Part shown: positions 1 through 9,887 of the stretch, in pieces
Layout of the letters: every line of letters begins with the position of its first letter
Numbering within the stretch: position 1 is the stretch's first letter
Assembly (NCBI GenBank): GCA_031272275.1
Contig: JAISUC010000011.1
Location: forward strand, 2,290 to 66,289
DNA length: 64,000 nucleotides
Direction: 5' to 3'
DNA from: Actinomycetes bacterium
Lineage (GTDB): Bacteria > Actinomycetota > Coriobacteriia > WRKU01 > WQUG01
Program-made: the position numbers and the translations under genes
The notes under the pieces: generated by a model
What the model saw: the letters and a program-made list of their open reading frames with translations, nothing else
What the model was told of the DNA's origin: nothing
The model's database searches: none

Positions 1-56
1 CTGTGCCTTGCTGTTCCCGCAAAGATTCACGCGGCGAAATGAATCGGGCCCGATTC

Positions 57-254
57 TTATTGCCGGTGATTCTTTTTGAGCGGAAGAGCGTTTTGTATAC
101 TAGCAAGCTGTTTTCGTATATGCATCTGTTTTTCACCCATTTCATAAACTCCCCACGGTGGGTGGGCGTTATGTGGAAATTTCAGAAAAGGTGCAACTTT
201 TTCCGTGCGCATAAAATACAGCGGTCGATTGGTGATGTCCACGGGTTGTTTCAT
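57..254 (-). CDS. Possible small hypothetical protein (65 aa, MKQPVDITNRP...)
   Basis: AGGAGG RBS (265-270) upstream of ATG at 254; no recognisable motif; region is AT-richer than the window. Confidence 0.3.
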   Translation of the reverse strand: MKQPVDITNRPLYFMRTEKVAPFLKFPHNAHPPWGVYEMGEKQMHIRKQLASIQNALPLKKNHRQ

Positions 255-445
255 GACGATACTTCCTCCTGTGCGTGCCTGTACTGCGTGCCCTTGCAGT
301 GCGTTTTCGCCGGTGGCTGTGGTGTGTGTGCCCTGTGTCACCGCCCGGCGTCCCCGGTTCCCCGCAGATATGCTTACATTGCACAAGAGGTTTAGGCAAA
401 GCAAGAAATTCGAAAAACCGCAACCCGTATAGGACAAAATAGCGA

Positions 446-538
446 CCCCGTGCTGCGCACGGACGTGTTATCCGGGGCGGGCATATGCCCGCCCCGGTGG
501 ATATTGCCGCGCCCGCCTACGGCGGGCTCGCAATGACG
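446..538 (-). repeat. Three-hairpin CGTC-tagged REP-like element, copy 1
   Basis: CCGTGC..GCACGG, CCGGGGCGGGCA..TGCCCGCCCCGG and ATTGCCGCGCCCGCCTACGGCGGGCTCGCAATGACG; homologous to 28225-28319 and 55442-55537. Confidence 0.75.
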
Positions 539-591
539 TTGGGAGGTGCTACCGCGCCGCCCGCGATGACGGTGGAGTGGGGATACTGAGG

Positions 592-1116
592 TCAGCGTTG
601 GCTGTACAGGCGCCAGCCGGGAGGTCCCAGCGGTTGCGGACGTCGGTCCCCCATGACGAAACGCTCGAGGTTGCGCAAAAACAGCGTGTGCGGCAAATCG
701 TGTTCCGCCAGAGGCAGCACCATCACGCCGGTCATCCCCAGCAGTGCCGCCCCCAGGCAATCGGTAAAGAACTGATCCCCCACCACAACCGCGTCCCGGC
801 GCAGCACGCCCAGCCGGCGGAGCGCCATCAGAAATGCCGGCGGCAGCGGCTTTATCGCCTTTGCCACCAGCGCGCATTCCAGCTCGTCCGCGGCGGATTG
901 CGCACGGTGATGCCAGTTGTTCGACACCAGGCAGATCTTGATGCATGCGTCTTTCATCTGCTGCACCCAGGCTAAAACGTCAGCGGAGAACTGTTGCGTG
1001 TCGCGCGGCAACAACGTGTTATCCAAATCCAGCAACAGGGCGGACTTGCCCCGCTGCTGCAACCATTCGGGTGTCAATTGCAAGACGTCGGTCGTATAAT
1101 ACGTGGGAATCGGCAT
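592..1116 (-). CDS. yqeG: YqeG-family HAD-IIIA phosphatase
   Basis: HAD motif I LLLDLDNTL, LVSNN, AIKP, VVGDQFFTD; start placed at MPIPTYY (1116). Confidence 0.88.
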   Translation of the reverse strand: MPIPTYYTTDVLQLTPEWLQQRGKSALLLDLDNTLLPRDTQQFSADVLAWVQQMKDACIKICLVSNNWHHRAQSAADELECALVAKAIKPLPPAFLMALRRLGVLRRDAVVVGDQFFTDCLGAALLGMTGVMVLPLAEHDLPHTLFLRNLERFVMGDRRPQPLGPPGWRLYSQR

Positions 1117-1179
1117 CGCGATCACACGACGCTTCCGGTCAAAACACCCCGTGCCGACATCCTGCCCGCCCACCGCATG

Positions 1180-2244
1180 TTATTCACCAAAGACGGCTTT
1201 CGATTTAGCTTTGGCCTTTTCGAACTGCGCGAGCGTCGAACAAAAGGTCTGCGAGCCGTCTTTGCCGGTCAGCACGAAATAGATGTAGTCGGTTTTCGCC
1301 GGATGCAGTGCCGCGTCCAGCGCCGCGCGCCCCGGGTTCGCAATGGGTCCGGGCGGCAAGCCCTGATGCAGATAGGTGTTGTAGGGGCTTTCGGTCGCCA
1401 GGTCCGCGTTCGTCAGGCGCAGCTTGGATTTTTCCTCGCCGGGCAACAGGAACTGGACCGAGCTGCACAGTTGCAGGCGCATGCCTTTTTTCAGGCGGTT
1501 TTGAATCACGCTGGAGACCAGCACGCGTTCGTCGTCGACCGAGACCTCGCGTTCCACCAAGCTGGCGATGGTCACGATTTCGGTGGTCGTATACCCTTTG
1601 GTCGTGGCAGACGGCGCGTCGAGCGACGCCCACACGTCGCGGAATCGCGACAGCATAGTGGTGATAACCTGGTCAGCCGTGGCGTCGACGTCGAAATCAT
1701 AGGTGTCCGGGAACAAGAAGCCCTCCAGGGAATCCTGATAGGCGCCGGCCAGGAACTCGAAACGGTCGACATAGTCGGGCGCCGCGCTGCGGGCAATCGT
1801 CGTAAAATCATCAGCCTGAATCGGCAGTTTTTCCGCCAAAATCGCCGCCGTCTGCGCAATCGTTTTGCCCTCGGGGATCACCACGCGCACCGACTGACGC
1901 GCAGGACCGGTTTTCAGCAGCTCGATGATATCGTCATAGTCGGTGCCGGGCGTGATTTCAAAGTCGCCGGCCTTGATCTGGGCGTCCGCGTTCGCGAATC
2001 GCACGCGCACGCGAAACACCAGCGGGTTGTCGATCAGCCCCGCCGCCTGCAGCGTTTCGGCCACCTGCCGGGTTGACGACCCCGATTCGATGGTCACCGC
2101 CACGGGGGAGTCGGATGTCGGAACCCCGTTTTTTGAAAACAACAGCCACCAGCCCCCCACGATGCCCACCAGTGCCACCAGCACCAGAACCGTGAGGAAC
2201 ACCAGTCCCACCGACGAACGTTTTTGTGAGCGCATACGCATCAT
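1180..2244 (-). CDS. mltG: Endolytic transglycosylase MltG (YceG family)
   Basis: N-terminal TM helix; LEGFLFPDTY, IASLVERE, SPYNTYLHQGLPPGPIANPG motifs; follows alaS-ruvX. Confidence 0.95.
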   Translation of the reverse strand: MMRMRSQKRSSVGLVFLTVLVLVALVGIVGGWWLLFSKNGVPTSDSPVAVTIESGSSTRQVAETLQAAGLIDNPLVFRVRVRFANADAQIKAGDFEITPGTDYDDIIELLKTGPARQSVRVVIPEGKTIAQTAAILAEKLPIQADDFTTIARSAAPDYVDRFEFLAGAYQDSLEGFLFPDTYDFDVDATADQVITTMLSRFRDVWASLDAPSATTKGYTTTEIVTIASLVEREVSVDDERVLVSSVIQNRLKKGMRLQLCSSVQFLLPGEEKSKLRLTNADLATESPYNTYLHQGLPPGPIANPGRAALDAALHPAKTDYIYFVLTGKDGSQTFCSTLAQFEKAKAKSKAVFGE

Positions 2245-2279
2245 CAGTCACAATTCCTTATCTGTCGAAACTACTGTTG

Positions 2280-2488
2280 CCGCGTTGCGGGATTGTCGTC
2301 AATAAAAAGCTTTGCAGCTTTTTTCGCAACTATCCGCACATCACATTTTCTGTGTACCTAACAGGGATTGAGCCGAAAAAATACTTTACAGCATTTTTTG
2401 ACGCAACCCGCAACTCTAACTCCGTTCCGCGTTGCGAAAGAACATGCGAATAAAAAGCTTTGCAGCTTTTTTCGCATCGTTTCGCAAC
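2280..2488. repeat. Three ~74-bp-spaced copies of an A-tract hairpin element
   Basis: AATAAAAAGCTTTGCAGCTTTTTTCGCA at 2301 and 2449, degenerate copy at ~2375; 2431-2488 folds as a long hairpin (GTTGCGAAA...TTTCGCAAC). Confidence 0.75.
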
Positions 2489-2917
2489 TCAATCATCCGC
2501 AGATGTATCCAAGTAGCGTTGCAGGATGACCGCCGCCGCACGGCTGTCTTTCTGTCCGCGCATCTGCTGTTCGGTCAAACCCGCCGCATGTCCCCGTTCG
2601 GTCGCCACAGCCGAGCTCTGCCGTTCGTCGACAAACACACACGGGGCATCGCACGCGCCGCCTGCCGCATCCAGCAGTTTCGCCGCCGTACTGCGCACAT
2701 AGCGCGCCTGGCGACCCTCGCAGCCGTCTGTTTCCAGCGGCAATCCGATAACCAGCGTGTCGACCTGATAGTCGGACACCACCTGTGCCAGTCGGCGCCC
2801 CGCCGCCTGCACATCGCGCGTATTCAGGACTTCCAGCGCCTGTGCCGCCCTGCGCGCGGCGTCACTGACCGCAACACCCGTGCGGACCTCGCCTATGTCA
2901 AGCGCTAAAACTCGCAC
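2489..2917 (-). CDS. ruvX: RuvX/YqgF resolvase-like nuclease
   Basis: GTG start overlapping the alaS 3' end; LALDIGEVRTGVAVSD, VIGLP, VDERQSS, DSRAAAVILQRYLD. Confidence 0.92.
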   Translation of the reverse strand: MRVLALDIGEVRTGVAVSDAARRAAQALEVLNTRDVQAAGRRLAQVVSDYQVDTLVIGLPLETDGCEGRQARYVRSTAAKLLDAAGGACDAPCVFVDERQSSAVATERGHAAGLTEQQMRGQKDSRAAAVILQRYLDTSADD

Positions 2918-5549
2918 GGCACGTCGCCAGCGTCTCGGCAATCCGACCCGCGTCCGCCGCGTCCGACCCACCCTGTGCCATCGCGGGTTTGCCGCCGCCG
3001 CGACCACCCAGCACATCATTCAGCTGCTTCACCACAGCACCGGCGTCAAAGCCGGCGGCAACGGCGGTCTTTGTCGCGGCAGCCAAGTATATCGCCTTTC
3101 CGCTGTCCGCATCCATCGTCAGCAGCACACAGGCATCCACGCCCGCATCACGCACACCGTCCCAGATGCCGCGCAAGTCCCCGGCAGTCACGCCTGTGGG
3201 TGACGCCACAACGACCCGGTATCCGGCGTCTGTCTGCACAGCGTCGGCAACCAGACCGGTCACCAGCGCACCGCCCGAGCCCGAACCGGCGGACTTCGCC
3301 GCCGCCTTCAGCTCGCGGTTGGCCTGCAGCAGACTGTTCACGCGTGCGGCGGCCTCGCGCGGGGTGACTTTCAAGGCCGCGGCGATCGCCGTCAGCTCAT
3401 TCTGGAAACCCAGCGCATAGTCATAGGCATCCATACTGGTCACGGCCTCGATGCGGCGCAGGTTTGCACCGACCGATTCTTCACCGACGATCTTGAAGCT
3501 GCCGATTTCGCTGCTGCGCCCGATATGTGTACCACCACAGAGCTCTTTGCTGAAATAGCCGACCTCCAGGACGCGGACGTATTCGCCGTATTTCTCGCCG
3601 AACAATGCCGTCACTCCCCCGTCGCGTGCCTCTGCCAGCGTGGTTTCATACGCACGCACGGGGTGATCCTCGGCGATTTTTGCATTGATCAAGCGCTCGA
3701 CCCGGGACAGCTGCTCGGCCGTCAGGCGCTCGAAATGGGTGAAGTCGAAACGCAGACGCTCGGGTGACACAAAGCTTCCCGCCTGGGAAACGTGTTCGCC
3801 CACGACCATACGCAGCGCCCAGTGCAACAAATGCGTCGCCGTGTGATTGCGCCGAATGCGCTCGCGGCGCGCGACGTCGATGGCGGCGGTTACCGTTTCC
3901 TCGACGGCAATCGCACCGGTTTCGACGTGCCCGCGGTGCACGTACAGCTTCTTTTCCTCGATGCGGGTATCCTCGACCACGAACACCGCGCCGTCAGGCG
4001 TGGTAATACGTCCCGTGTCACCCACCTGGCCACCCTGTTCACCGTAAAACGGCGTGCGGTTCAACACCAGGTCGCCGGCCTCGCCTGCCTGCAAGCGCTC
4101 GACGCGTTTACCCTCGCGCACCAAGGCCACCACCACGCCCCCGTCCTCGTTCAGTTCATATCCGGTGAACTCGGTCGCGGGAATCTCGTTTGCCAAATCG
4201 GCATACACACCGCCAAAGGTCGTCCACGACACATCCTTGACCTGGGCGCGCGCACGTTCCTTTTGCTGTTCCATTTCAGATTCGAACCCGTCCAAATCGA
4301 CCGGGTGTCCGGCCTCGGAGGCGATCTCGAGCGTCAAATCAATCGGGAATCCATACGTATCATGCAGTGTGAACGCCGCAAGGCCCGAGAGCTCTGCCCC
4401 ATCCGCCAGCGCCTCAAGTTCGGCATCCAGATACGCCAAACCGGTCTTCAAGGTCGCGCTGAAGCGTTCCTCCTCGGCACCCACGATGCCCAAAATCAGC
4501 TCGGAGTGCTGGGATAGCTCGGTGTAATGCCCACTCATGAGCTCGATCACACGACCGACCATCCGCACCATAAAGGGATCGCGCACGCCCAACAGCCGCC
4601 CGTACCGCACGGCACGGCGCAGCAGCCGGCGCAGCACGTAGCCGCGGCCCTCGTTCGACGGCAAGATACCGTCGGCGATCATAAAGGCCACCGAGCGCGC
4701 ATGATCGGTCAGAATACGCAGCGCGATGTCGGTTTTGGCGCTGCCGTCGCCGCCGATATAGGTGACCCCGGTGATGTCTTCGGCCAAATCCAACAGCGAG
4801 CGGAACAGGTCGGTCTCGAAGTTACTGCGCACCTGCTGCAAGATGGCCGCCATGCGCTCGAGCCCCATACCGGTATCGATATTCTGTTTCGGCAGCGGGG
4901 TCAGGTTGCCCGCTTCATCGCGGTCGTACTGCATAAAGACCAGGTTCCAGTACTCGACGTAGCGGTCACAGTCGCAACCCACCGTGCAATCGGGGCTGCC
5001 ACAGCCGTATGATTCGCCCTGGTCGTAATAAAGCTCGCTGCAGGGACCACAGGGTCCCGTGGGACCGGCCGCCCAAAAGTTGTCCTCCTCGCCGAAACGC
5101 ACGATGCGCTCGGGCGGAATCGGGGTTTCCTCCAGCCAGAGACCGGCAGCCTCGTCATCATCGGTGAACACCGACGCCCAAATGCGGTCCGGGTCCAAGC
5201 CCAGCACGTCAACCGAATACTCCCAGCTCCAACGAATCGCCTCGCGCTTGAAATAATCGCCGAAACTGAAATTCCCCAGCATCTCGAAAAAGCTCAGGTG
5301 GCGTCCGGTCGTACCGATGATGTCGATGTCGGTCGTGCGCACGCATTTCTGTGCGGTGGTCGCGCGTTTGAAATCGACCTTTTTCGCGCCCAGGAAAATC
5401 GGCTTGAACTGGACCATGCCCGCCGCCGTCAACAGCAGCGACGGATCGTCCGGAATCAGCGAAGACGAGGGCAGACGCCGACATCCCTTGCCCTCGAAAA
5501 AGCTCAAAAAGCTCTCGCGTATTTCATTGGTGCTTAACGCTTTCGTCAT
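2898..5549 (-). CDS. alaS: Alanine--tRNA ligase
   Basis: LLLTAAGMVQFKP, RHLSFFEMLGNFSFGDYFK, editing HTATH and ELCGGTH, C-terminal GGRGGGKPAMAQGG. Confidence 0.99.
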   Translation of the reverse strand: MTKALSTNEIRESFLSFFEGKGCRRLPSSSLIPDDPSLLLTAAGMVQFKPIFLGAKKVDFKRATTAQKCVRTTDIDIIGTTGRHLSFFEMLGNFSFGDYFKREAIRWSWEYSVDVLGLDPDRIWASVFTDDDEAAGLWLEETPIPPERIVRFGEEDNFWAAGPTGPCGPCSELYYDQGESYGCGSPDCTVGCDCDRYVEYWNLVFMQYDRDEAGNLTPLPKQNIDTGMGLERMAAILQQVRSNFETDLFRSLLDLAEDITGVTYIGGDGSAKTDIALRILTDHARSVAFMIADGILPSNEGRGYVLRRLLRRAVRYGRLLGVRDPFMVRMVGRVIELMSGHYTELSQHSELILGIVGAEEERFSATLKTGLAYLDAELEALADGAELSGLAAFTLHDTYGFPIDLTLEIASEAGHPVDLDGFESEMEQQKERARAQVKDVSWTTFGGVYADLANEIPATEFTGYELNEDGGVVVALVREGKRVERLQAGEAGDLVLNRTPFYGEQGGQVGDTGRITTPDGAVFVVEDTRIEEKKLYVHRGHVETGAIAVEETVTAAIDVARRERIRRNHTATHLLHWALRMVVGEHVSQAGSFVSPERLRFDFTHFERLTAEQLSRVERLINAKIAEDHPVRAYETTLAEARDGGVTALFGEKYGEYVRVLEVGYFSKELCGGTHIGRSSEIGSFKIVGEESVGANLRRIEAVTSMDAYDYALGFQNELTAIAAALKVTPREAAARVNSLLQANRELKAAAKSAGSGSGGALVTGLVADAVQTDAGYRVVVASPTGVTAGDLRGIWDGVRDAGVDACVLLTMDADSGKAIYLAAATKTAVAAGFDAGAVVKQLNDVLGGRGGGKPAMAQGGSDAADAGRIAETLATCRASFSA

Positions 5550-5556
5550 ATGCTAA

Positions 5557-5642
5557 CCTCTACTATCCTCTACGAACTTCTACGAACTTCTGCGCATCTC
5601 TACGCATCTCTACGAATCTCAACGGAACCCTTCGAACCTTCG
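5557..5642. repeat. Degenerate 10-bp tandem repeat filling the spacer upstream of alaS
   Basis: Units tactatcctc/tacgaacttc/tacgaacttc/tgcgcatctc/tacgcatctc/tacgaatctc/aacggaaccc. Confidence 0.8.
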
Positions 5643-6059
5643 CTATCCTCTGCTGTCTTCTGCTTCCGCACGTTTGACCTTCCAGTTGTGGCGCAACTTA
5701 TCCGCAATACCGCTGACGATATCGACCGGAGTCTGCACCACATTTCCCACAGCCTCGGTCGCGCTGGTCACTTTGTGGCCCGCCGCCTCGACCTGGTCGA
5801 TAATGCTGTCCAGCCGCAACAGCTCGGCATTGACGGCGTCCACCGTCACGTTCAGCTTGTTCACGATGGGGACGGTGGAATCGCGCAGCTCAGCGACCGT
5901 CCGGTCGACATCCGCCATGGTCGCCTTTGACGTCTTCAGCAGTTTCGCCAGATTCACCAACACCGCTATCAGCACGATAAACGCGATTGCCCCCAGTGCC
6001 ATCAGGACGACTTTCAGGATAGTGGTCACCAAAGCCCAGTCAATCAGCGTCAAATCCAT
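5643..6059 (-). CDS. DUF948-like membrane-anchored coiled-coil protein
   Basis: N-terminal TM helix then amphipathic helix (VNAELLRLDSII); RBS AGGAGG. Confidence 0.7.
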   Translation of the reverse strand: MDLTLIDWALVTTILKVVLMALGAIAFIVLIAVLVNLAKLLKTSKATMADVDRTVAELRDSTVPIVNKLNVTVDAVNAELLRLDSIIDQVEAAGHKVTSATEAVGNVVQTPVDIVSGIADKLRHNWKVKRAEAEDSRG

Positions 6060-6100
6060 GGGTCTACCTCCTGTGCCCGATTTCGTTTACACGTAAGCTG

Positions 6101-7108
6101 TTATTTTAGCGCATCCGCGCCCGTTGCCGCCTCACACTCGTCCCCGGCTGCATCCTCGTTCGAATCGGCATCCGCATCCCGGGTCTCGTCCGCATCGTCA
6201 TCAGGTGAAATCGGGGGAGTGCGCCTGCCCGCGTCGTCCAATGCCCGCAACCACGGCGTGCGCTCTACAACCGCGCTGTACGAGACCTTTTCACTGCACA
6301 GGTTCAGTGCCAGCACCACCAACAGATACAGCACCAAGCCCCACCACGGCAACAACAGACACAGGAAAAAGCCCGCGACCGCCCCCATCGGGTTGGCACC
6401 GGCGTCCCCTAACAGCGCGATTTCGTTTGCGTCATAGGTCCAGGTCGCGCACACCGGACCGACAAACCAGATGAAGAAAAACAAGCTGACCGTACGCAAA
6501 TCGCGCACACACAGTCCAATCACCAGCGCAATCAGCAGCAGAAACACGTAAACCTTGCTGGCACGCACCGGGCGCAGGTCACAGAGGTTCACAAAGTTCG
6601 CCGTCAGCGCAATCGCCGCACCTGCAATCAGCGTCCAGCCCGCCACCGAAACCCAGGCCCAGCCGCCGGTCGTCGCAGGCATGGTCCAATAGTTGGCCTG
6701 GGACGCCACAAAACCGGCACCCAGTGAGAGCACGCCGATACCGAACAGTTTCAAGAGGCCGGTCGTGAAACTCCCCCGCAGCAGAGCCCGCATATGTCCG
6801 TGAAAGCCACCCGCGCCGCGCACGCCGCGCCGGTCGTCGATGTGCCCGAACACGAAACAGCCCACGGCCAGCACGATGGGGGCGACGGTTTGCCACGACG
6901 GAATCAGGATGACGATTCCGATTGACAGCACCGCCCAGATGATCCAGATCCAGCCCAAGCCGCCATAGACCTGGCGTCCCGCGTAGTTCGTGATGATCCG
7001 GGAGTTTCGTTTCGGCTGCGTGATGGCGCGCATCAGGTACAGGATGCCGATCGTCTGCAGTACGATCATGACGACCTCGATCGCGTATATGAATAAGCCG
7101 CTCTGCAT
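6101..7108 (-). CDS. MraY/WecA-like glycosyltransferase family 4 membrane protein
   Basis: Multi-TM; FGHIDD, NFVNLCDLRP, LLGDAGANPMG motifs; ATG 7108 with AGGAGG. Confidence 0.8.
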   Translation of the reverse strand: MQSGLFIYAIEVVMIVLQTIGILYLMRAITQPKRNSRIITNYAGRQVYGGLGWIWIIWAVLSIGIVILIPSWQTVAPIVLAVGCFVFGHIDDRRGVRGAGGFHGHMRALLRGSFTTGLLKLFGIGVLSLGAGFVASQANYWTMPATTGGWAWVSVAGWTLIAGAAIALTANFVNLCDLRPVRASKVYVFLLLIALVIGLCVRDLRTVSLFFFIWFVGPVCATWTYDANEIALLGDAGANPMGAVAGFFLCLLLPWWGLVLYLLVVLALNLCSEKVSYSAVVERTPWLRALDDAGRRTPPISPDDDADETRDADADSNEDAAGDECEAATGADALK

Positions 7109-7133
7109 GTTTTCCTCCTGTGTCCCGGGTTTG

Positions 7134-7178
7134 GGATTGACCCGAAAAAAGCTTCCCAACTTTTTTCGGACTCAATCC
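7134..7178. repeat. A-tract hairpin element
   Basis: GGATTGA-CCCGAAAAAAG...CTTTTTTCGG-AC-TCAATCC inverted repeat; resembles the 2364-2408 copy. Confidence 0.65.
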
Positions 7179-7215
7179 ATGGTGTCCCTTCGAGCTACGG
7201 CGTTCAGTGCGTACG

Positions 7216-9816
7216 TTATGCGTCCTTGCCACGAACGGGTTGCAGCATCAGCCAAACCAACGCAGCACCCATATACAGCACCATCAGCGCCGGTAGCACA
7301 ATCCCGCTGTCCTCGGTGAAATACGACACCACACCCCCGGTCAGCGTGCCTGCGATACCATAGCCGAAGTACGGATTCTGTGCGATCACGCGGGCGAAGT
7401 CGCCGGTCGGACGCGCGCGCATATAGATGAGAAACGCGATCACCGCCGCAAACACCCAGGTCAGGCTGGACTGCGTAAACACCCGCAAGTTGATTCCGGC
7501 CTTGCGCACGACGATCTGCCAGAGCTCTATCAGGCCGCCCGATGTGGCGGAATCGAGCGAGCGCGCCAAATGCGTCTGGGCACCCGTGCCGTACCGGTCC
7601 AGCAAAATCAAGGCGAACACAACCACGCAGACCGCCACAAACATCGCCGCAATCGTCCAGAAGTTTATTTTCCAGCGGTTCACCAGCAACCACAGCACCG
7701 CAAAACCCACAGTCGCCCAGGCAGCAACGCCCACGTTGGCACCCAGCCCCGGGGCCGCCGACACGAATACCGTCCCCAGACCGATGATCGGAACCCCCCA
7801 CAGGCGCAGATGTCGCGTCCATGCCGCATCCGGCCACTGGTCGATCATCAGCATCATGCAGACGATCACCGCCCCGAACAGCACCGCAGCACCTTCGTTG
7901 CCGATACCGTAAAACCGAAACGCCGCAATGGGGCTGTAGCCGAAAAAGCTGGTAAACGACGCCGGTGCGCCCAGCAACTGGTCAATCACGATGGTCAGCG
8001 TCGTCACCCCGGACAGCAGTATCACGGGGAGTCGGATCGCTCTGGTGTGTGCCGTCCGCGCGTCTGCCGCACCCGGGAAGCGGCGGCGCAAGCGCCACAG
8101 CAACAGCGCGGCGGCCCAGAGCACCACCTGTACTATCAAAAACTGGATGTTTGCCTGTGTCGGGGTGGCGGGCCAGCGATAAATCAGAAACATCAGCCAG
8201 CTGGCGGCAGGGATACAGAGTATTCCCAGAATCAACACATAGAGCACCGCCTTGATACCGCGCGTGGTAAACGCCGACCAGCGTTTATCGGCAAAGGTGA
8301 TGACAACCGCGCCTGCAGCGAGTACCACCACGGCCGTCCACACACAGACGTTGATTACCACCGGGCGCAGGACCTCGACACTGATGGCGGTATTGTTCAT
8401 TTTTTCCAGAAGGTCGATGCGGGATGCCGCCGCCTGGTCGCCGTAGCTGTCGCCTGCACCGTAACCGGTACCCTGCAGATAGTTGCCGATGTCTGACGGG
8501 TCGGGTTCGGTGTAGACCTGGGCTCCCAGTACCTGCACCGGAACGGTGACTTCCATGCTGGTCAGAATGGTCGCGGTCAGATCGACATTCGTGACCAAGC
8601 CGCGCCGATGGGTCGAATCCGACGACACCAAACCGACCGGGGTCTGCACATCCGACCGGTCTGCGGTGTCGTCGCCGGTCGCGGCGGGCGTGGTGATAAA
8701 CAGCGGACCGAAGCCCTCGCGATTGAGCGTCCACGAGCGGCTGGCTTGGCTCGCGACAATAATGGTCGCGTCGTCGAAGATCTCGCAGGCGCGGCCATAG
8801 ATGGTGTCGAGTGTGTCCAGCGATTCATGCCAGGTGCGCAGCGCCACGTCGGCTGCGACCTCGGTCGCGCTGGTGCGGGCACGGTAGCCATCGCCCGGGT
8901 CGAGCACCACCAAAGCCGGCGTGGTGTTGTCGTCGGGCAGCTGTTCTGCCACCTGTTTCATGGCTTTGTTAAAGGCATCGCGGTCGGTGCGCACGCCGAA
9001 GGGACTGGTCGTGTCTTTTTCCAGAATGTCTTCGGTGATCTGTCCGTAGCGCACAAAGCCCTGTTCGTTCATCGCGGCGATGGCGGCAGGGCGCAACAGC
9101 CGCTGCGCCTCGGTCGAATAACCCAGATCGCTGTTGCCGATGGCGGCGGTCACGCCGCCGGCGTCCTCGATGGCAGAGCCCAGCGTGCCGGGGACGACCT
9201 TGAACGAGTTCGTGGCGTTGACCTGAATGGTGCGCGGTAGCCCCAGGTAGGCGATTTCGTAGCCGTCCATGTCGCCTGACAGAACACGGCGGTAGGATTC
9301 CTCGACCGGGTTGGTGCCGAAGCGCTCGCCGCGCTGCAGTGCGGGGTAGGCCGATTCGTTGGTGATCGGCCAGGCGCCCGCGCTGATGGCGAGTGCGCCC
9401 TCGGCAAGCGAGGGGCGACCGTCGTCTTCTTTGACGCGGCTGCGCGCGTTCACGTCGCCGATGGCACCGGTGGCTGCGGCCTGCCAGAGGTTCGGGGTGT
9501 CGGTTGCGGTGATGTCTTCCCAGCGCAGGAACGGTGCGAGTATCAGAACCACTTTGTGGGTTTCTTTGGCGGCGTCGCTGATCAGCTGTTCGTGCGCGGT
9601 GTCGACGGCAGGGTCGAGGGTGGCGGCGGACGTGCAGGTGGGATGTGACAGCGCGGTAACAAGCGGCAGCACGAGGGCGGCGGACAGGACGAGTGCGGAC
9701 ATGCGACGAGTGCGGCGCGTGGCGGTCTGCCGGCGGGTGCGGGACGTACTCCCCCCCTGCGTTTCGGGTGTTTCGGGTGTTTCGGGTGTTTCGGTTCGTG
9801 TTGTTGCGAAGGTCAT
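7216..9816 (-). CDS. Large membrane protein with extracellular alkaline-phosphatase-superfamily-like domain and multi-TM C-terminus
   Basis: Signal-like segment, KVVLILAPFLRWEDI, GLVTNVDLTATIL, RFYGIGNEG, TEDSG; start uncertain. Confidence 0.7.
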   Translation of the reverse strand: MTFATTRTETPETPETPETQGGSTSRTRRQTATRRTRRMSALVLSAALVLPLVTALSHPTCTSAATLDPAVDTAHEQLISDAAKETHKVVLILAPFLRWEDITATDTPNLWQAAATGAIGDVNARSRVKEDDGRPSLAEGALAISAGAWPITNESAYPALQRGERFGTNPVEESYRRVLSGDMDGYEIAYLGLPRTIQVNATNSFKVVPGTLGSAIEDAGGVTAAIGNSDLGYSTEAQRLLRPAAIAAMNEQGFVRYGQITEDILEKDTTSPFGVRTDRDAFNKAMKQVAEQLPDDNTTPALVVLDPGDGYRARTSATEVAADVALRTWHESLDTLDTIYGRACEIFDDATIIVASQASRSWTLNREGFGPLFITTPAATGDDTADRSDVQTPVGLVSSDSTHRRGLVTNVDLTATILTSMEVTVPVQVLGAQVYTEPDPSDIGNYLQGTGYGAGDSYGDQAAASRIDLLEKMNNTAISVEVLRPVVINVCVWTAVVVLAAGAVVITFADKRWSAFTTRGIKAVLYVLILGILCIPAASWLMFLIYRWPATPTQANIQFLIVQVVLWAAALLLWRLRRRFPGAADARTAHTRAIRLPVILLSGVTTLTIVIDQLLGAPASFTSFFGYSPIAAFRFYGIGNEGAAVLFGAVIVCMMLMIDQWPDAAWTRHLRLWGVPIIGLGTVFVSAAPGLGANVGVAAWATVGFAVLWLLVNRWKINFWTIAAMFVAVCVVVFALILLDRYGTGAQTHLARSLDSATSGGLIELWQIVVRKAGINLRVFTQSSLTWVFAAVIAFLIYMRARPTGDFARVIAQNPYFGYGIAGTLTGGVVSYFTEDSGIVLPALMVLYMGAALVWLMLQPVRGKDA

Positions 9817-9869
9817 CGGTTGGGGCTCCTGGGGTTCGGTCGCGGGCGGTCGTTCGGTAAAGCACCTGA

Positions 9870-9887
9870 TGGTATCATAAGCGCGTG
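9870..9887 (+). promoter_or_regulatory. Extended -10 promoter, probably leaderless
   Basis: TGgTATCAT (9870-9878), 6 nt, then GTG start at 9885; no SD. Confidence 0.5.

Noticed and set aside
330-380. c-di-AMP or cobalamin riboswitch suggested by GGGGAACC on the minus strand
   Set aside because: The remaining consensus elements are absent
2301-2478. Mini-CRISPR-like spacing (~30-nt palindromic repeat, ~42-nt gaps)
   Set aside because: The middle repeat is the most degenerate, similarity extends into the would-be spacers, related hairpins occur singly elsewhere, and no cas genes are present
5550-5642. T-box leader for alaS
   Set aside because: Spacer too short and consists of a 10-bp repeat; no T-box sequence
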